A DNA stretch of 32,256 bases from an uncultured Pseudomonadota bacterium (lineage in GTDB: Bacteria > SAR324 > NAC60-12). This document shows positions 9,987 through 19,229 of this stretch, piece by piece (the first letter of the stretch is position 1; each line of letters starts with the position of its first letter). The DNA lies in assembly GCA_913020725.1 (NCBI GenBank), contig CAJWCD010000022.1:1-32256 (forward strand). Reading direction: 5' to 3'. The notes beneath the pieces are model-generated. The model had not been told where the DNA came from. It ran no database searches and saw nothing but the letters and a program-made list of their open reading frames with translations. The position numbers and the translations under genes were made by a program.

Positions 9987-10724
9987 ATGAAACCGCGAAC
10001 CGCCCTCATCACCGGATCTGGAAAAAACATTGGCCGCGCCATCGCGTTGCGGCTCGCCCGTAATGGTTTCAATGTGGTCGTCCACGGGGGCAGCGATCGT
10101 GTCGCCTGCGAGGCAGTCGCCGAAGCAGTCCGGGCCTGCGGAGTTGCTGCTCTTGTCACCGTCGGAGATGTGGGAAACCGCAAGGAGGTTTACCGAATCG
10201 CGGAAGCAGCGTTAGCCGAGTTTGGAACCATCGATGTACTCATCCACAACGCCGCAATCCGCCCGCATCAGGATTTCTTCACAATCACTGATGACGAGTG
10301 GGATCGTGTGCTGGAGGTCAACCTTGGAGCAGCATTTCAATTCTGCCAGCTCTTGCTGCCCGGAATGCTGAAGCAGCAGTGGGGCCGGATTGTCACCTTC
10401 GCAGGAGTCAACGCCATCCGGGGTTATCCGAACAGCGTCCATGTTTCCGTGTCAAAGCATGGCGCTTGGGGATTCGTTAAAGCACTCTCCCGCGATTTTG
10501 CAGATCAGGGCATTACTGCGAACACAATCTCTCCCGGACCAATTCTGACGGAGCGGGACGATCAGGACCTGGACGACTTCATTCGCAAACAAGCTGCTGC
10601 CGTGCCCGCAAAACGCTTGGGAACGCCCGAGGAAATTGCAGGAATGGTTGCACATTTGCTGTCTGATGAAGGAGGTTACATCACAGGGCAACTCCTGCAA
10701 ATCAACGGTGGTGGAGCGATGTAG
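9987..10724 (+). CDS. Short-chain dehydrogenase/reductase (FabG-like)
   Basis: TGSGKNIG, HNAA, NTISPG and YITGQ..INGG. The catalytic YxxxK appears as VSVSK. Confidence 0.88.
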   Translation: MKPRTALITGSGKNIGRAIALRLARNGFNVVVHGGSDRVACEAVAEAVRACGVAALVTVGDVGNRKEVYRIAEAALAEFGTIDVLIHNAAIRPHQDFFTITDDEWDRVLEVNLGAAFQFCQLLLPGMLKQQWGRIVTFAGVNAIRGYPNSVHVSVSKHGAWGFVKALSRDFADQGITANTISPGPILTERDDQDLDDFIRKQAAAVPAKRLGTPEEIAGMVAHLLSDEGGYITGQLLQINGGGAM

Positions 10725-10845
10725 GTGAAAAACCAGCGTTAACGGATTTTTAAAATAAACACTTCATGCGCCCTGAGCTTATCGAAGAATTCTGAAAGAA
10801 CGAGGACAGGCGGAGTCCATTTGTTTCAATTTTTTGGAGGTGAAC

Positions 10846-12879
10846 ATGAGCAGTGACGATCAGATTGAATTACAAATTAAGGAGCGCGTTCCCTTTGCAG
10901 AGGGTACTGCGTTTGGCGAGGTTGGACCCTACGAGCGGCTCAAAGGGCGGGTTCGATTTGCGGTAAATCCTGACGCTCCGGAACTGTCTGGAATCGTGGA
11001 TTTGGATAAAGCACCCTGCAACGCGCAGGGGCAGGTTGAATTCAGCACGGATTTCTGTCTGCTGCTGCCGGAAAATCTGGAGCGCGGCAACCGACGGCTG
11101 TGTTTTGATTACGGTAACCGTGCTAATAAGCGCATGCTGCAATTCTTCAACGATGCTCCTGCTTCAAACGAACCCCTCACGGCCGCAGACGCAGGCAACG
11201 GCTTCTTGTTCCGGAGAGGCTACACCATTGCTTGGGCTGCATGGCAGGGGGATGTGCTGCCCGGAGACGGCCGTATGTTGCTCGATCTGCCCGTTGCCCG
11301 CAACGGCGACCAGCCACTCACCGGACTTGTGCGCACCGAATTCATTGCCAATCAGTCCGGCGTTAACACGCTGCCTCTTTCCGGAAAGGTCTCCACGCGC
11401 AGCCACCCCACGGTTTCGCTTGATCCCCGCACGGCGAGCCTGACCCGCAGGCAATATGCCGATAATCCACGGCAACCCATCCCTCCGGACGCTTGGGCTT
11501 TCGCCCGGCAGGAAGGTGGGTTCGGATACGATGCTCAAGGACAGGAAACCAGCCTGATCCCTTCCGATGTTCACCTCCATCTTTTCAACGGTTTTGAACA
11601 GGGCTGGATTTACGAACTTGTTTACACAGGACGCGACCCTTTGGTGTTGGGGCTTGGACATGTGGTGGTCCGCAATTTTGTCAGCTTTTTGCGACATGCA
11701 GATGCCGATTCCTCCGGAACTCCGAACCCGCTGGCAAGAGCCGGGAGTCTCGAAAAAACTTATGCGTGGGGGCGTTCACAAACCGGACGCTGCATCCGCG
11801 ATTTCCTACATCAGGGCTTCAACGCCGATGCCCAGAGACGGCGTGTGTTCGACGGCGTGCTGCCGCATGTTTCCGGAGGCGGGTTGATGTGGATGAACCA
11901 CCGTTTTGCAAATGTTGTTGTCCCGGCAGGCCAGCAGCACGAGGATCACGAGAACATCGCCGATCGCTTTCCGTTTGCCTATGCAGAATCCACCGATCAC
12001 CTCACCGGATGCACCGACGCGATTCTCACGCGTCCGGACACTGACCCGAAGGTGTTGCACACGCAAACCTCCACCGAATACTGGCAACGGCGGGGTTCGC
12101 TCGTCCACACCACGACACAAGGTGAGGATCTGGAACCGCCCGAAAATGTGCGGGTTTACTGCTGGTCTAGTTCACAGCATTTTGCCGAACCCAATCTCCA
12201 GCAACCCACTCGCGGGATTTGTCTTTACGACAGCAATGTTGTGCAGACTTCCATGCTCTTCCGGGCAATGCTCGACGCACTTGACCGCTGGGCCAGCACT
12301 GGCACACTGCCACCGCGCAGTCGCTATCCCCTCAGGGACGAGGGTACTCTCGTTTCCTACGAGGAATGGCGGGAACGCTTTCCCAAGATTCCGGGCGCGA
12401 TGGTACCAAGTGGTCCCAACCAACTGCCACTGCTCAATTTTGGCCCGGACGCCAGCAAGGGAATCTTGAGCAAAGAACCACCTGCAATCATGGACGCCGC
12501 TGGTTACTCCATTGGCATTCCGGTTCCGGATGCGGACGGAAATGATTTGGGCGGGGTGGCTGCCCCCATGGTGCAAGCACCACTGGCAACCTACACGGGC
12601 TGGAATCTACGGGGACGCCACGCCGGACACGGAGCCACGTTTGAGTTCACCGGTAGCACCATCCCATTTCCGGAAACCCCGGAGGAGCGTGAGGCCACAC
12701 GAGACCCCCGCACCTCGATTCTGGAACGCTACGGCAGTAAGGAAGGCTACATCGCTGCCATCCGTACTGCCGCCGAAAAATTGGTTTCTGAGGGTTTGAT
12801 GCTTGAGGAAGATGTCGAAAGAGCAGTAGCGCTGGCTGCAGACTGGTGCCGTCCGCGACACGGAGTCCGGCTTCTTTGA
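10846..12879 (+). CDS. Alpha/beta hydrolase domain protein (tannase-like/Abhydrolase_10-type)
   Basis: Nucleophile elbow WGRSQTG, EYWQRRGSL, DADGN..GG and PLATYTGWN; SD GGAGGTGA before ATG 10846. Confidence 0.78.
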   Translation: MSSDDQIELQIKERVPFAEGTAFGEVGPYERLKGRVRFAVNPDAPELSGIVDLDKAPCNAQGQVEFSTDFCLLLPENLERGNRRLCFDYGNRANKRMLQFFNDAPASNEPLTAADAGNGFLFRRGYTIAWAAWQGDVLPGDGRMLLDLPVARNGDQPLTGLVRTEFIANQSGVNTLPLSGKVSTRSHPTVSLDPRTASLTRRQYADNPRQPIPPDAWAFARQEGGFGYDAQGQETSLIPSDVHLHLFNGFEQGWIYELVYTGRDPLVLGLGHVVVRNFVSFLRHADADSSGTPNPLARAGSLEKTYAWGRSQTGRCIRDFLHQGFNADAQRRRVFDGVLPHVSGGGLMWMNHRFANVVVPAGQQHEDHENIADRFPFAYAESTDHLTGCTDAILTRPDTDPKVLHTQTSTEYWQRRGSLVHTTTQGEDLEPPENVRVYCWSSSQHFAEPNLQQPTRGICLYDSNVVQTSMLFRAMLDALDRWASTGTLPPRSRYPLRDEGTLVSYEEWRERFPKIPGAMVPSGPNQLPLLNFGPDASKGILSKEPPAIMDAAGYSIGIPVPDADGNDLGGVAAPMVQAPLATYTGWNLRGRHAGHGATFEFTGSTIPFPETPEEREATRDPRTSILERYGSKEGYIAAIRTAAEKLVSEGLMLEEDVERAVALAADWCRPRHGVRLL

Positions 12880-13054
12880 TCAGGAAGGAGACTTGCAAAT
12901 TTCTCCATTTGTGAAAAAACAAAGTTCACCCTTGCGGTTCGACCTCTCCGGAACCCAATGTCCTTGGCTGGCGATTTTTGGGGAAAGGGATAGAATGAAG
13001 GCAAGAACGCATCGTTCCCATGCTTTGAGTGGGAGCCCTTTGCTTGAACCCCAC

Positions 13055-13189
13055 TATCGTCAGGTTCACCATGTTCCCGGCGGCATCGAGGTCTAGGTAA
13101 ACATTTTCAGAAACCTCTCGGATTTCGGAGACGGCTTTGTCCGTGAGTTCCAGCAGAGTGGTGTCGGTGTCTGTAAAGTATTTGATTTT
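13055..13189 (-). pseudogene. DUF2283-like (putative antitoxin) fragment without a start codon
   Basis: Reads KIKYFTDTDTTLLELTDKAVSEIREVSENVYLDLDAAGNMVNLTI, matching the family pattern as I recall it. The expected Met is replaced by His and the C-terminal end diverges. Confidence 0.6.
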
Positions 13190-13236
13190 GTGGCCGGTGA
13201 TTTTTGGAAAAAAGGTGTGGTCACGGCAATGAAAGA

Positions 13237-13857
13237 GTGGCTTTGAAACCCAAGCTGATCGTGGGGATTGCCGGAGGCTCCTGTTCTGGAAAAACAACCC
13301 TTGTGGAACAAGTGGTGGCGACCATTGGAACGGGCAACATCGAGGTGTTGAATCATGACGCCTACTATCGGCACCGCCCGGAGCTGACGCTGGCCGAGCG
13401 CAATCAAGTCAACTATGACCACCCGGATGCTCTGGAAACCGAACTGGCCATCGAACACTTAGAAAAGCTCTGCTCCGGAACAAGGGCGCCCCTGCCGATT
13501 TACGATTTCAGCGCCCACTTGCGTAGCACAGAAGTGCGTTGGTTAACCCCAACTCCGGTGTTGGTGATCGAGGGGATTCTGGTGTTGCACCAACCGGAGT
13601 TGCGAGCCTTCATGGACCTGAAAGTGTTTGTGGACGCCGATCCAGACGTGCGGGCGTTGCGGCGGATGGAACGAGACCAGCGAGAACGGGGCCGCACAAT
13701 GGAATCCGTCCAGCAGCAATTCTTGGAGAGCGTCAAACCGATGCACGATTGCTATGTGGACCCCAGCCGCAATCATGCCGATCTTGTCATTCCCAACAAT
13801 CGGCCAAATCCGGAGGTGTTACGGACCTTGGAGGCGCGTTTGCGGGCTGTGTTGTAA
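13237..13857 (+). CDS. udk: Uridine kinase
   Basis: GIAGGSCSGKTT P-loop, NYDHPDA, IEGILVL, RRMERD..ERGR and VKPMH. Start is approximate. Confidence 0.92.
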   Translation: MALKPKLIVGIAGGSCSGKTTLVEQVVATIGTGNIEVLNHDAYYRHRPELTLAERNQVNYDHPDALETELAIEHLEKLCSGTRAPLPIYDFSAHLRSTEVRWLTPTPVLVIEGILVLHQPELRAFMDLKVFVDADPDVRALRRMERDQRERGRTMESVQQQFLESVKPMHDCYVDPSRNHADLVIPNNRPNPEVLRTLEARLRAVL

Positions 13858-13984
13858 TTTGTTACCAAACAAAGCAGCGGTTTGGCAAGGCTTTTGGATG
13901 GAAGGTTCCGGCACCAAAATTCAGGCAAAAGGTGCTTCCGGAAGGACGGTTCCGCAACACTGAACTTCACAACCACAAGATACG

Positions 13985-14302
13985 ATGGCCCTCAACATTT
14001 TTCCCGATCAGCAGAACAACGGGGTTTTCCACACCCATGCTTTCCTCGAAGACGTTCCCATCCAGATCAGTGCGGAGATCGCCCGCAAGCGCATCAACTT
14101 TGGGGAACTGCTCAAGCTCAAGAAAGGTTCCACTCTGGAATTCTCCAAACTGGTGGGCGAACCGGTTGATCTGATGATCGTTGATCCTAACTTTGACAAC
14201 AGCTCGATTGCCGCCCGTGGAGAGATCGTCGTGGTGAATGAACGCTACGGTATCCGCATCACCGCCTTGGCGCGGCCCGAGGACAAGGCCGACACGGACT
14301 GA
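13985..14302 (+). CDS. fliN: FliN/SpoA-domain flagellar or T3SS switch-like protein
   Basis: DVPIQISAE..ELLKLKKGS...GEPVDL...ARGEIVVVNERYGIRIT. Confidence 0.8.
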   Translation: MALNIFPDQQNNGVFHTHAFLEDVPIQISAEIARKRINFGELLKLKKGSTLEFSKLVGEPVDLMIVDPNFDNSSIAARGEIVVVNERYGIRITALARPEDKADTD

Positions 14303-14303
14303 G

Positions 14304-15074
14304 ATGGACGTTTTCCCGCTTCCCTGCCTGCACGACAACTACGCCTATCTTCTCGTCTGCCCGCAAACGCAAGCGACCGCTGTGGTCGATCCGTCAGCAG
14401 CCGAGCCTGTGCAAGTGGAGTTGCAACGGCGTGGGTTGTCACTCACGGCAATTCTCAACACCCACCACCATTGGGATCACGTTGGGGGCAACGAGGCACT
14501 GCTGGCCAAGTCTCCCGGAATCCGCATTTTCGGACATGCTTCCGACCGAGGACGCATCCCCGGACAAACCGAGTTTTTGGAAGTCGGGGATGTGGTGAGG
14601 TTTGGGAAAATCGCAGGTCGTATCCTGCACAACCCCGGACACACCAGTGGGGCGATTAGCTACGTTTTCGGTGATCAGGCGTTCACAGGGGACACGTTGT
14701 TTGCGGCAGGATGTGGACGAGTGTTTGAGGGCACAATGGAGCAGATGCACCACTCCTTGAATGGAGTGCTTGGTGGCTTGCCAGATCCCACTCGGCTTTA
14801 CTTCGGGCATGAGTACACCGAACGCAATTTGGAATTCGCACAATCCGTGGAACCCGACAACGCAGCGGTCGCTCAACGGCTGGACGTAGTTCGCCAGCAC
14901 CGTCGCAAGAGGCAGTACACCACCCCCACCACGCTTGCAGAAGAACGGCAGACCAACCCCTTTCTGCGCTGCGGTAACTCCGAACTCCGGCAGGTTGCCC
15001 AGCGTAAATCCTCCGGTTCCTCAACGGAGGTCGAGGTGTTTGGAGTGCTACGCGGCCTGAAGGACCGTTTCTGA
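14304..15074 (+). CDS. gloB: Hydroxyacylglutathione hydrolase (glyoxalase II)
   Basis: DNYAY, THHHWDH, PGHT, FTGDTLF..GCGR.FEG, GHEYT and TNPFLR. ATG at 14304, one nt after the fliN stop. Confidence 0.92.
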   Translation: MDVFPLPCLHDNYAYLLVCPQTQATAVVDPSAAEPVQVELQRRGLSLTAILNTHHHWDHVGGNEALLAKSPGIRIFGHASDRGRIPGQTEFLEVGDVVRFGKIAGRILHNPGHTSGAISYVFGDQAFTGDTLFAAGCGRVFEGTMEQMHHSLNGVLGGLPDPTRLYFGHEYTERNLEFAQSVEPDNAAVAQRLDVVRQHRRKRQYTTPTTLAEERQTNPFLRCGNSELRQVAQRKSSGSSTEVEVFGVLRGLKDRF

Positions 15075-15084
15075 GCAATCCCGT

Positions 15085-15492
15085 CTAAATGTTCATCAGG
15101 GTGACCCCAAAACGCTGTCCGATCAGGTGCAGCAGCAGGGGGTCGTTCTCCATGCCTGCATAGCGGATCTCCGTCCGGATTTTCTCCCGAATCACGATCA
15201 ACTCCTGCGGGGTGTTGCTCATCTCAATCTCTTGGGGGAGGTTGAGCCGTATCAGTGTGTTGAGTACATCCATGCGTAGCCGATGTTTCACCCGACGCAT
15301 CTGGTCTGGAGGCACCACCTCCAGCAACGCCTCAATCTCGGATTGGCTGTGTCCCATCAATGAGAGCTTGAGCCAGATCGAGTACGGATTGATGCGCATC
15401 CCTTGCTCGGGTTGCTGTCCCAGTCCGGGCGGAACCCCCAGAATGAGCACAAGCAACAGCACGGCGACAACGAATCTCATGCGCAAGTGCAT
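15085..15492 (-). CDS. Hypothetical exported protein
   Basis: 135-aa ORF with an N-terminal signal-peptide-like hydrophobic stretch; convergent with gloB. Confidence 0.7.
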   Translation of the reverse strand: MHLRMRFVVAVLLLVLILGVPPGLGQQPEQGMRINPYSIWLKLSLMGHSQSEIEALLEVVPPDQMRRVKHRLRMDVLNTLIRLNLPQEIEMSNTPQELIVIREKIRTEIRYAGMENDPLLLHLIGQRFGVTLMNI

Positions 15493-15557
15493 GATTTTTC
15501 TCCATCATCAAAGGTCTGAAAAAGAACAAACGACCCCACCACAGCGCACAGAGCCTT

Positions 15558-15790
15558 GGAGGAATGCCACCGCTACGGGCCTGAAGCCGACAGCGGCGCA
15601 CCCCTCCCTGCCCCGTTCAGGAAAGACGGACACGTCACCTCTGCTCCCCATGCCGAAAGGCATGCTGTGCCGAAGGAGAGGTGGTCAGTCCGGCCCCCTG
15701 AAAGCTTGGGCAGGGCCATCGCTGAGAAACATTTGGACGCAGGATACGATCCTCGCCTCCAACGCAGTCGGAGGCGTGTCCGGGTTTCTC
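15558..15790. ncRNA. Candidate structured non-coding RNA (family not recognised)
   Basis: Nested stems CCCTGCCC/GGGCAGGG, TTCAGG/CCTGAA, CGGAC/GTCCG, CACCTCT/AGAGGTG and CATGCC-GAAA-GGCATG, plus flanking hairpins. No credible ORF in the interval. Confidence 0.55.
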
Positions 15791-15828
15791 TTCTATGCTT
15801 TATCGGCAGGTGAAGTGAAAACTTGAGG

Positions 15829-15854
15829 AAAAAGCACCCCTGCCGAAACAGGGG
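15829..15854 (-). terminator. Rho-independent terminator after rplC
   Basis: Minus strand reads CCCCTG-TTTCGG-CAGGGG then TGCTTTTT, starting 8 nt after the rplC stop. Confidence 0.7.
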
Positions 15855-15862
15855 CGGAGGGT

Positions 15863-16480
15863 TCAGCGCTTGAGGATGGTCACCAGCCCACCGTTGGGTC
15901 CGGGAACAGCTCCTCGCACCAAAACAGCGTTTTCGTCTGCAAGCACACGGGCAATCGTGAGGCACATCTGTGTCACGGTTGTGTTGCCGTACTGGCCGGC
16001 CATCTTCTTGCCTTTGAAGACCCGTCCGGGATCGGTGCCCTGTCCGATACTTCCAGTGGAGCGTTTGTTCTCGCGGTGTCCGTGAGACGCCGGGAAGCCG
16101 CTGAAGCCGTGGCGCTTGATCACTCCGGAGAAACCCCGTCCTTTCGAGGTGCCGGAGACAGAAATCTTTTCACCTGCGCTGAAGATCGTCGCGTCAAAGG
16201 TTTGTCCAACCTCAACTGCCGAGATGTCCTCGACCTTGAAATCGCGCAAGGTGCGCGTGGGTTGCTGATCCTTGAAGTGCCCCCGCATGGGGAGATTGAC
16301 CTTGCGCTCCGGGATCGGCTCAAAGCCGACCTGCACCTGATCCACCCCGTCCTTCTCCACGGTCTTCTTCTGGATCACCGTGACCGGACCGGCCTGCAGG
16401 ACGGTCACGGGCACCACGGTGCCGTCGTCCTCGAAGATTTGTGTCATTCCGACCTTTCGGGCCAGCATTCCGTTAATCAT
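15863..16480 (-). CDS. rplC: 50S ribosomal protein L3
   Basis: KVGMTQIF..DG..VPVTV, SKGRGFSGVIKRH, GSIGQ...PGRVFKGKKMAG and VRGAVPG. Confidence 0.97.
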   Translation of the reverse strand: MINGMLARKVGMTQIFEDDGTVVPVTVLQAGPVTVIQKKTVEKDGVDQVQVGFEPIPERKVNLPMRGHFKDQQPTRTLRDFKVEDISAVEVGQTFDATIFSAGEKISVSGTSKGRGFSGVIKRHGFSGFPASHGHRENKRSTGSIGQGTDPGRVFKGKKMAGQYGNTTVTQMCLTIARVLADENAVLVRGAVPGPNGGLVTILKR

Positions 16481-16568
16481 GGCTAAACTGCGTCTGAGAT
16501 TGCAAAAAAGTAAACCCTACCTTATAGCGCGGAATAGTATACAGATTCAAGTTTTTTCTGGATTCGTC

Positions 16569-19217
16569 TCAATCCTCATGAAGATCCGGAGGATCGGAAC
16601 GCAAATCGCCGCTTTGAAAGCGCAGGTATTGCGCTCGCAGGTAAGGAATGCGCGAGCGTGGGAAATTCGCTTCCAGCACCCCCCGCCGGAAAACATCCTG
16701 CGCCTCTTCGCGTTGTCCGGATTGGAAATGGGCCTCGGCCAGTGTGTCCAGATGGTCAATGCTCGGTTGCAACTCCACCGCCTGCAGTGCCAACCCCAAA
16801 GCCCGCTGCGGCTTGCGCTGACTACGATCCCGAATCGTCAGGTAACTCCACGCCAAGTTGTTGAGTGCCAGCGCATGGTTGGGTCGCTCAAGGATCAACT
16901 TCTCGTAAAGCGGAATCGCGGCGGCTTCCTCAAAAGCGAGGGTGTGGCCCAAGACGATCAGCATCCGGGTGTCGTAGTCTTCCGGAAAATCAACCAGAAA
17001 CCGCCGGAAGTGAGGGCGGGCGAGCTCGTACTGCTTGAGTCGATGTTGGGTGATGCCGATCCGCAACTCCAACCAAGGCTGAGCCGGGTGATGTTCCGGA
17101 AGCGAGTTGAGAACCGAACGGTAGTGTCGTTGCGCTGCGGAATTTTCATCCCGCCGTTCATGCAGGAACCCTCGCAGGTGCCGCACCCAAAGCGGCAGTT
17201 CTGGAGAATGCAGAGGCGTGGGGAGGTCTGGAGCAAGGTCACTGCGCTCCTTCAAGTGAAAATAAAGCACCCGCAGGGCATCGCGTTGCACAGGATCGAT
17301 CCGTAACTGTTGAAGCGCTTGCCACGCCGAATCCAGTTCTCCCCGGACGCTTTGCAACAGTACGGGTTGCAAAGCGTCCCAGTCCTTGCCGTACCACACT
17401 TGTGCTTCCGCTTCGGGCAACAGAGTCGTGAACTGGAGCCAAATGCCCAAGTCTCCCTCGGCGCGTTGCAATGCCTTCAAAATTGAACTGCGGGCTTGTT
17501 CCAGCTCTCCGGCAATCATTTGATTGCTGCCGAGGTGCATCAGCACCAAGGCATCTTCCGGATGCTCATGGGCCAGCGCTTCAAATTCCAACAACGCTGC
17601 TTCCCGCTGGCTTTGTTTTTCCAGCAGAATGCCTTGCAGCGAGCGCAGGGAGCGGGATTCTGGAAGTCGCTCCAATCCGGACTGGAGCAGATTTGCAGCC
17701 TCCCCAAGTCGATTTTGCTCCAACAACAGCCGACTCAGTTCAGCGTAACCCCACTCGTCTTCCGGATTGCGGGACAGCAGTTCCTGAAGTTCTTGTTCTG
17801 CTTCGGCGTCTTGGTGACGGCCCGCAAATTGGCGGATGCGCTGGGTTCGCGCCCAGTGCAGGTTCGGGTCCAGCTCAAGGGCAAGGTTGAGGTGCGTGAG
17901 GGCATGATCTGGCTCGTTGTTGAACAGGGAGAGCCGCGCCAACTGCCCCTGAAGCGGGGCGTTGCCCTCCGCGTTAGGAAGCTGCGTCAGCACCTTCCGG
18001 GCTGCTCCAAAGTCGTGGAGGTGATCGAGCAAACGGGCAAGTTCAACCCGCAGTTCGCCATGCTGTGGATGCTGCTGGATTCCTGCTTCCAGCACCGCTT
18101 GGGCCTCGTTCATGCGGACTTGACTCCAATAAAACCGACTCAATTTCCGGTAGGCGAGGGGTTGGGCTTGCTGGGTGGCGCATAGTTTTTCGTAGGTGGC
18201 AATCGCTTCGTCAATGCGACCCAGCTTTTCCAGCACAAAGGCGGTTTGCGCAAGCGCCCACGGGGAATCAGGCTGGTGTTGAAGTCCGCTTTGCAGTGCG
18301 CCCAGAGCTTCGGAATGTCGCTCACGGGTGAGCTGAAGTTCTGCCAGTTTGAACCACGCCCAAGCGTAGTTTGGTTGCAGTGCCACGGATTTCTGCAAGC
18401 GTTGCTTGGCGCTGAGCCAGTCGCCTGCGGTGAGCAGTCGACTGCCCTGATGAGCGTGAATCCAGGACGAACCCGGATGCAGTCGCTCGATTTGCGCAAG
18501 AATGAGGCGCAGTGTGTTGCGTTGTTCAGGATTGGATTGCGGGTCAAACTGCTCCAGCACTCCAGCGTAATCACGCAGCAAGTTCTCTGATTCCGGAGCC
18601 AGTGCTACGGCGTGCTTGTAGGCGTTTTCCGCTTTCCGCAGTTCTCCACGATCCCGCCAGATCTGGGCGATCTGCTGCCATGCCGTTTCGTGGTTGGCGT
18701 CGAGTTCCACGGTCTTGATGAACGCTGCTAACGCAGCTTCCTGCTGACCTGTTTGTAAAAGCGTCATCCCCCGGAAGTGGTGGGCATCCACGAATTCGGA
18801 ATCGTGGTCAAGCGCGGCTTGCGCATCAGCAAGCGCCCCCTCGTGGTCGCCGCGCTGCTTACGGAATTGCGCCCGGTCCAGCCGGAGCCTTACGTTTTCC
18901 GGATGGTCCGCAAGACTCTGCTGATAAAACCGTTCAACTTCCTCCTGCTCGCCCAGAGCGATGAGCAGGTTGCCCTTGAGCCGATCCAAAAGTGGGGTTT
19001 GGTCAATCCGGGAACGTCCGGAATTCAGCACGGCACGAGTTTCGCTCCAGCGCCCACGCTGCCGCAACCAGTTGGCGTAACGGGCATAGCCCTCCTCGTA
19101 GTGCGGTGCGATGCGGATGGCCGTCCGTAACTCCTGCTCGCGTTGGGGCTTGGGGGGAGTGAAGCATCCGACAAGCAGCGAGCCGATAAGTAAGAAAAAG
19201 AGAGAACGGAGCAGCAT
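16569..19217 (-). CDS. Large tetratricopeptide-repeat lipoprotein
   Basis: Lipobox LLVG-C, many TPR-like units and C-terminal ALNNLAW...LDTLAEA. Confidence 0.85.
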   Translation of the reverse strand: MLLRSLFFLLIGSLLVGCFTPPKPQREQELRTAIRIAPHYEEGYARYANWLRQRGRWSETRAVLNSGRSRIDQTPLLDRLKGNLLIALGEQEEVERFYQQSLADHPENVRLRLDRAQFRKQRGDHEGALADAQAALDHDSEFVDAHHFRGMTLLQTGQQEAALAAFIKTVELDANHETAWQQIAQIWRDRGELRKAENAYKHAVALAPESENLLRDYAGVLEQFDPQSNPEQRNTLRLILAQIERLHPGSSWIHAHQGSRLLTAGDWLSAKQRLQKSVALQPNYAWAWFKLAELQLTRERHSEALGALQSGLQHQPDSPWALAQTAFVLEKLGRIDEAIATYEKLCATQQAQPLAYRKLSRFYWSQVRMNEAQAVLEAGIQQHPQHGELRVELARLLDHLHDFGAARKVLTQLPNAEGNAPLQGQLARLSLFNNEPDHALTHLNLALELDPNLHWARTQRIRQFAGRHQDAEAEQELQELLSRNPEDEWGYAELSRLLLEQNRLGEAANLLQSGLERLPESRSLRSLQGILLEKQSQREAALLEFEALAHEHPEDALVLMHLGSNQMIAGELEQARSSILKALQRAEGDLGIWLQFTTLLPEAEAQVWYGKDWDALQPVLLQSVRGELDSAWQALQQLRIDPVQRDALRVLYFHLKERSDLAPDLPTPLHSPELPLWVRHLRGFLHERRDENSAAQRHYRSVLNSLPEHHPAQPWLELRIGITQHRLKQYELARPHFRRFLVDFPEDYDTRMLIVLGHTLAFEEAAAIPLYEKLILERPNHALALNNLAWSYLTIRDRSQRKPQRALGLALQAVELQPSIDHLDTLAEAHFQSGQREEAQDVFRRGVLEANFPRSRIPYLRAQYLRFQSGDLRSDPPDLHED

Positions 19218-19229
19218 GGTCCGGGAGGC

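Noticed and set aside
15640..15680. Lysine or c-di-GMP riboswitch suggested by GAAAGG...GCCGAA
   Set aside because: The other conserved elements and helix order are missing, and no suitably oriented downstream gene exists on the plus strand.
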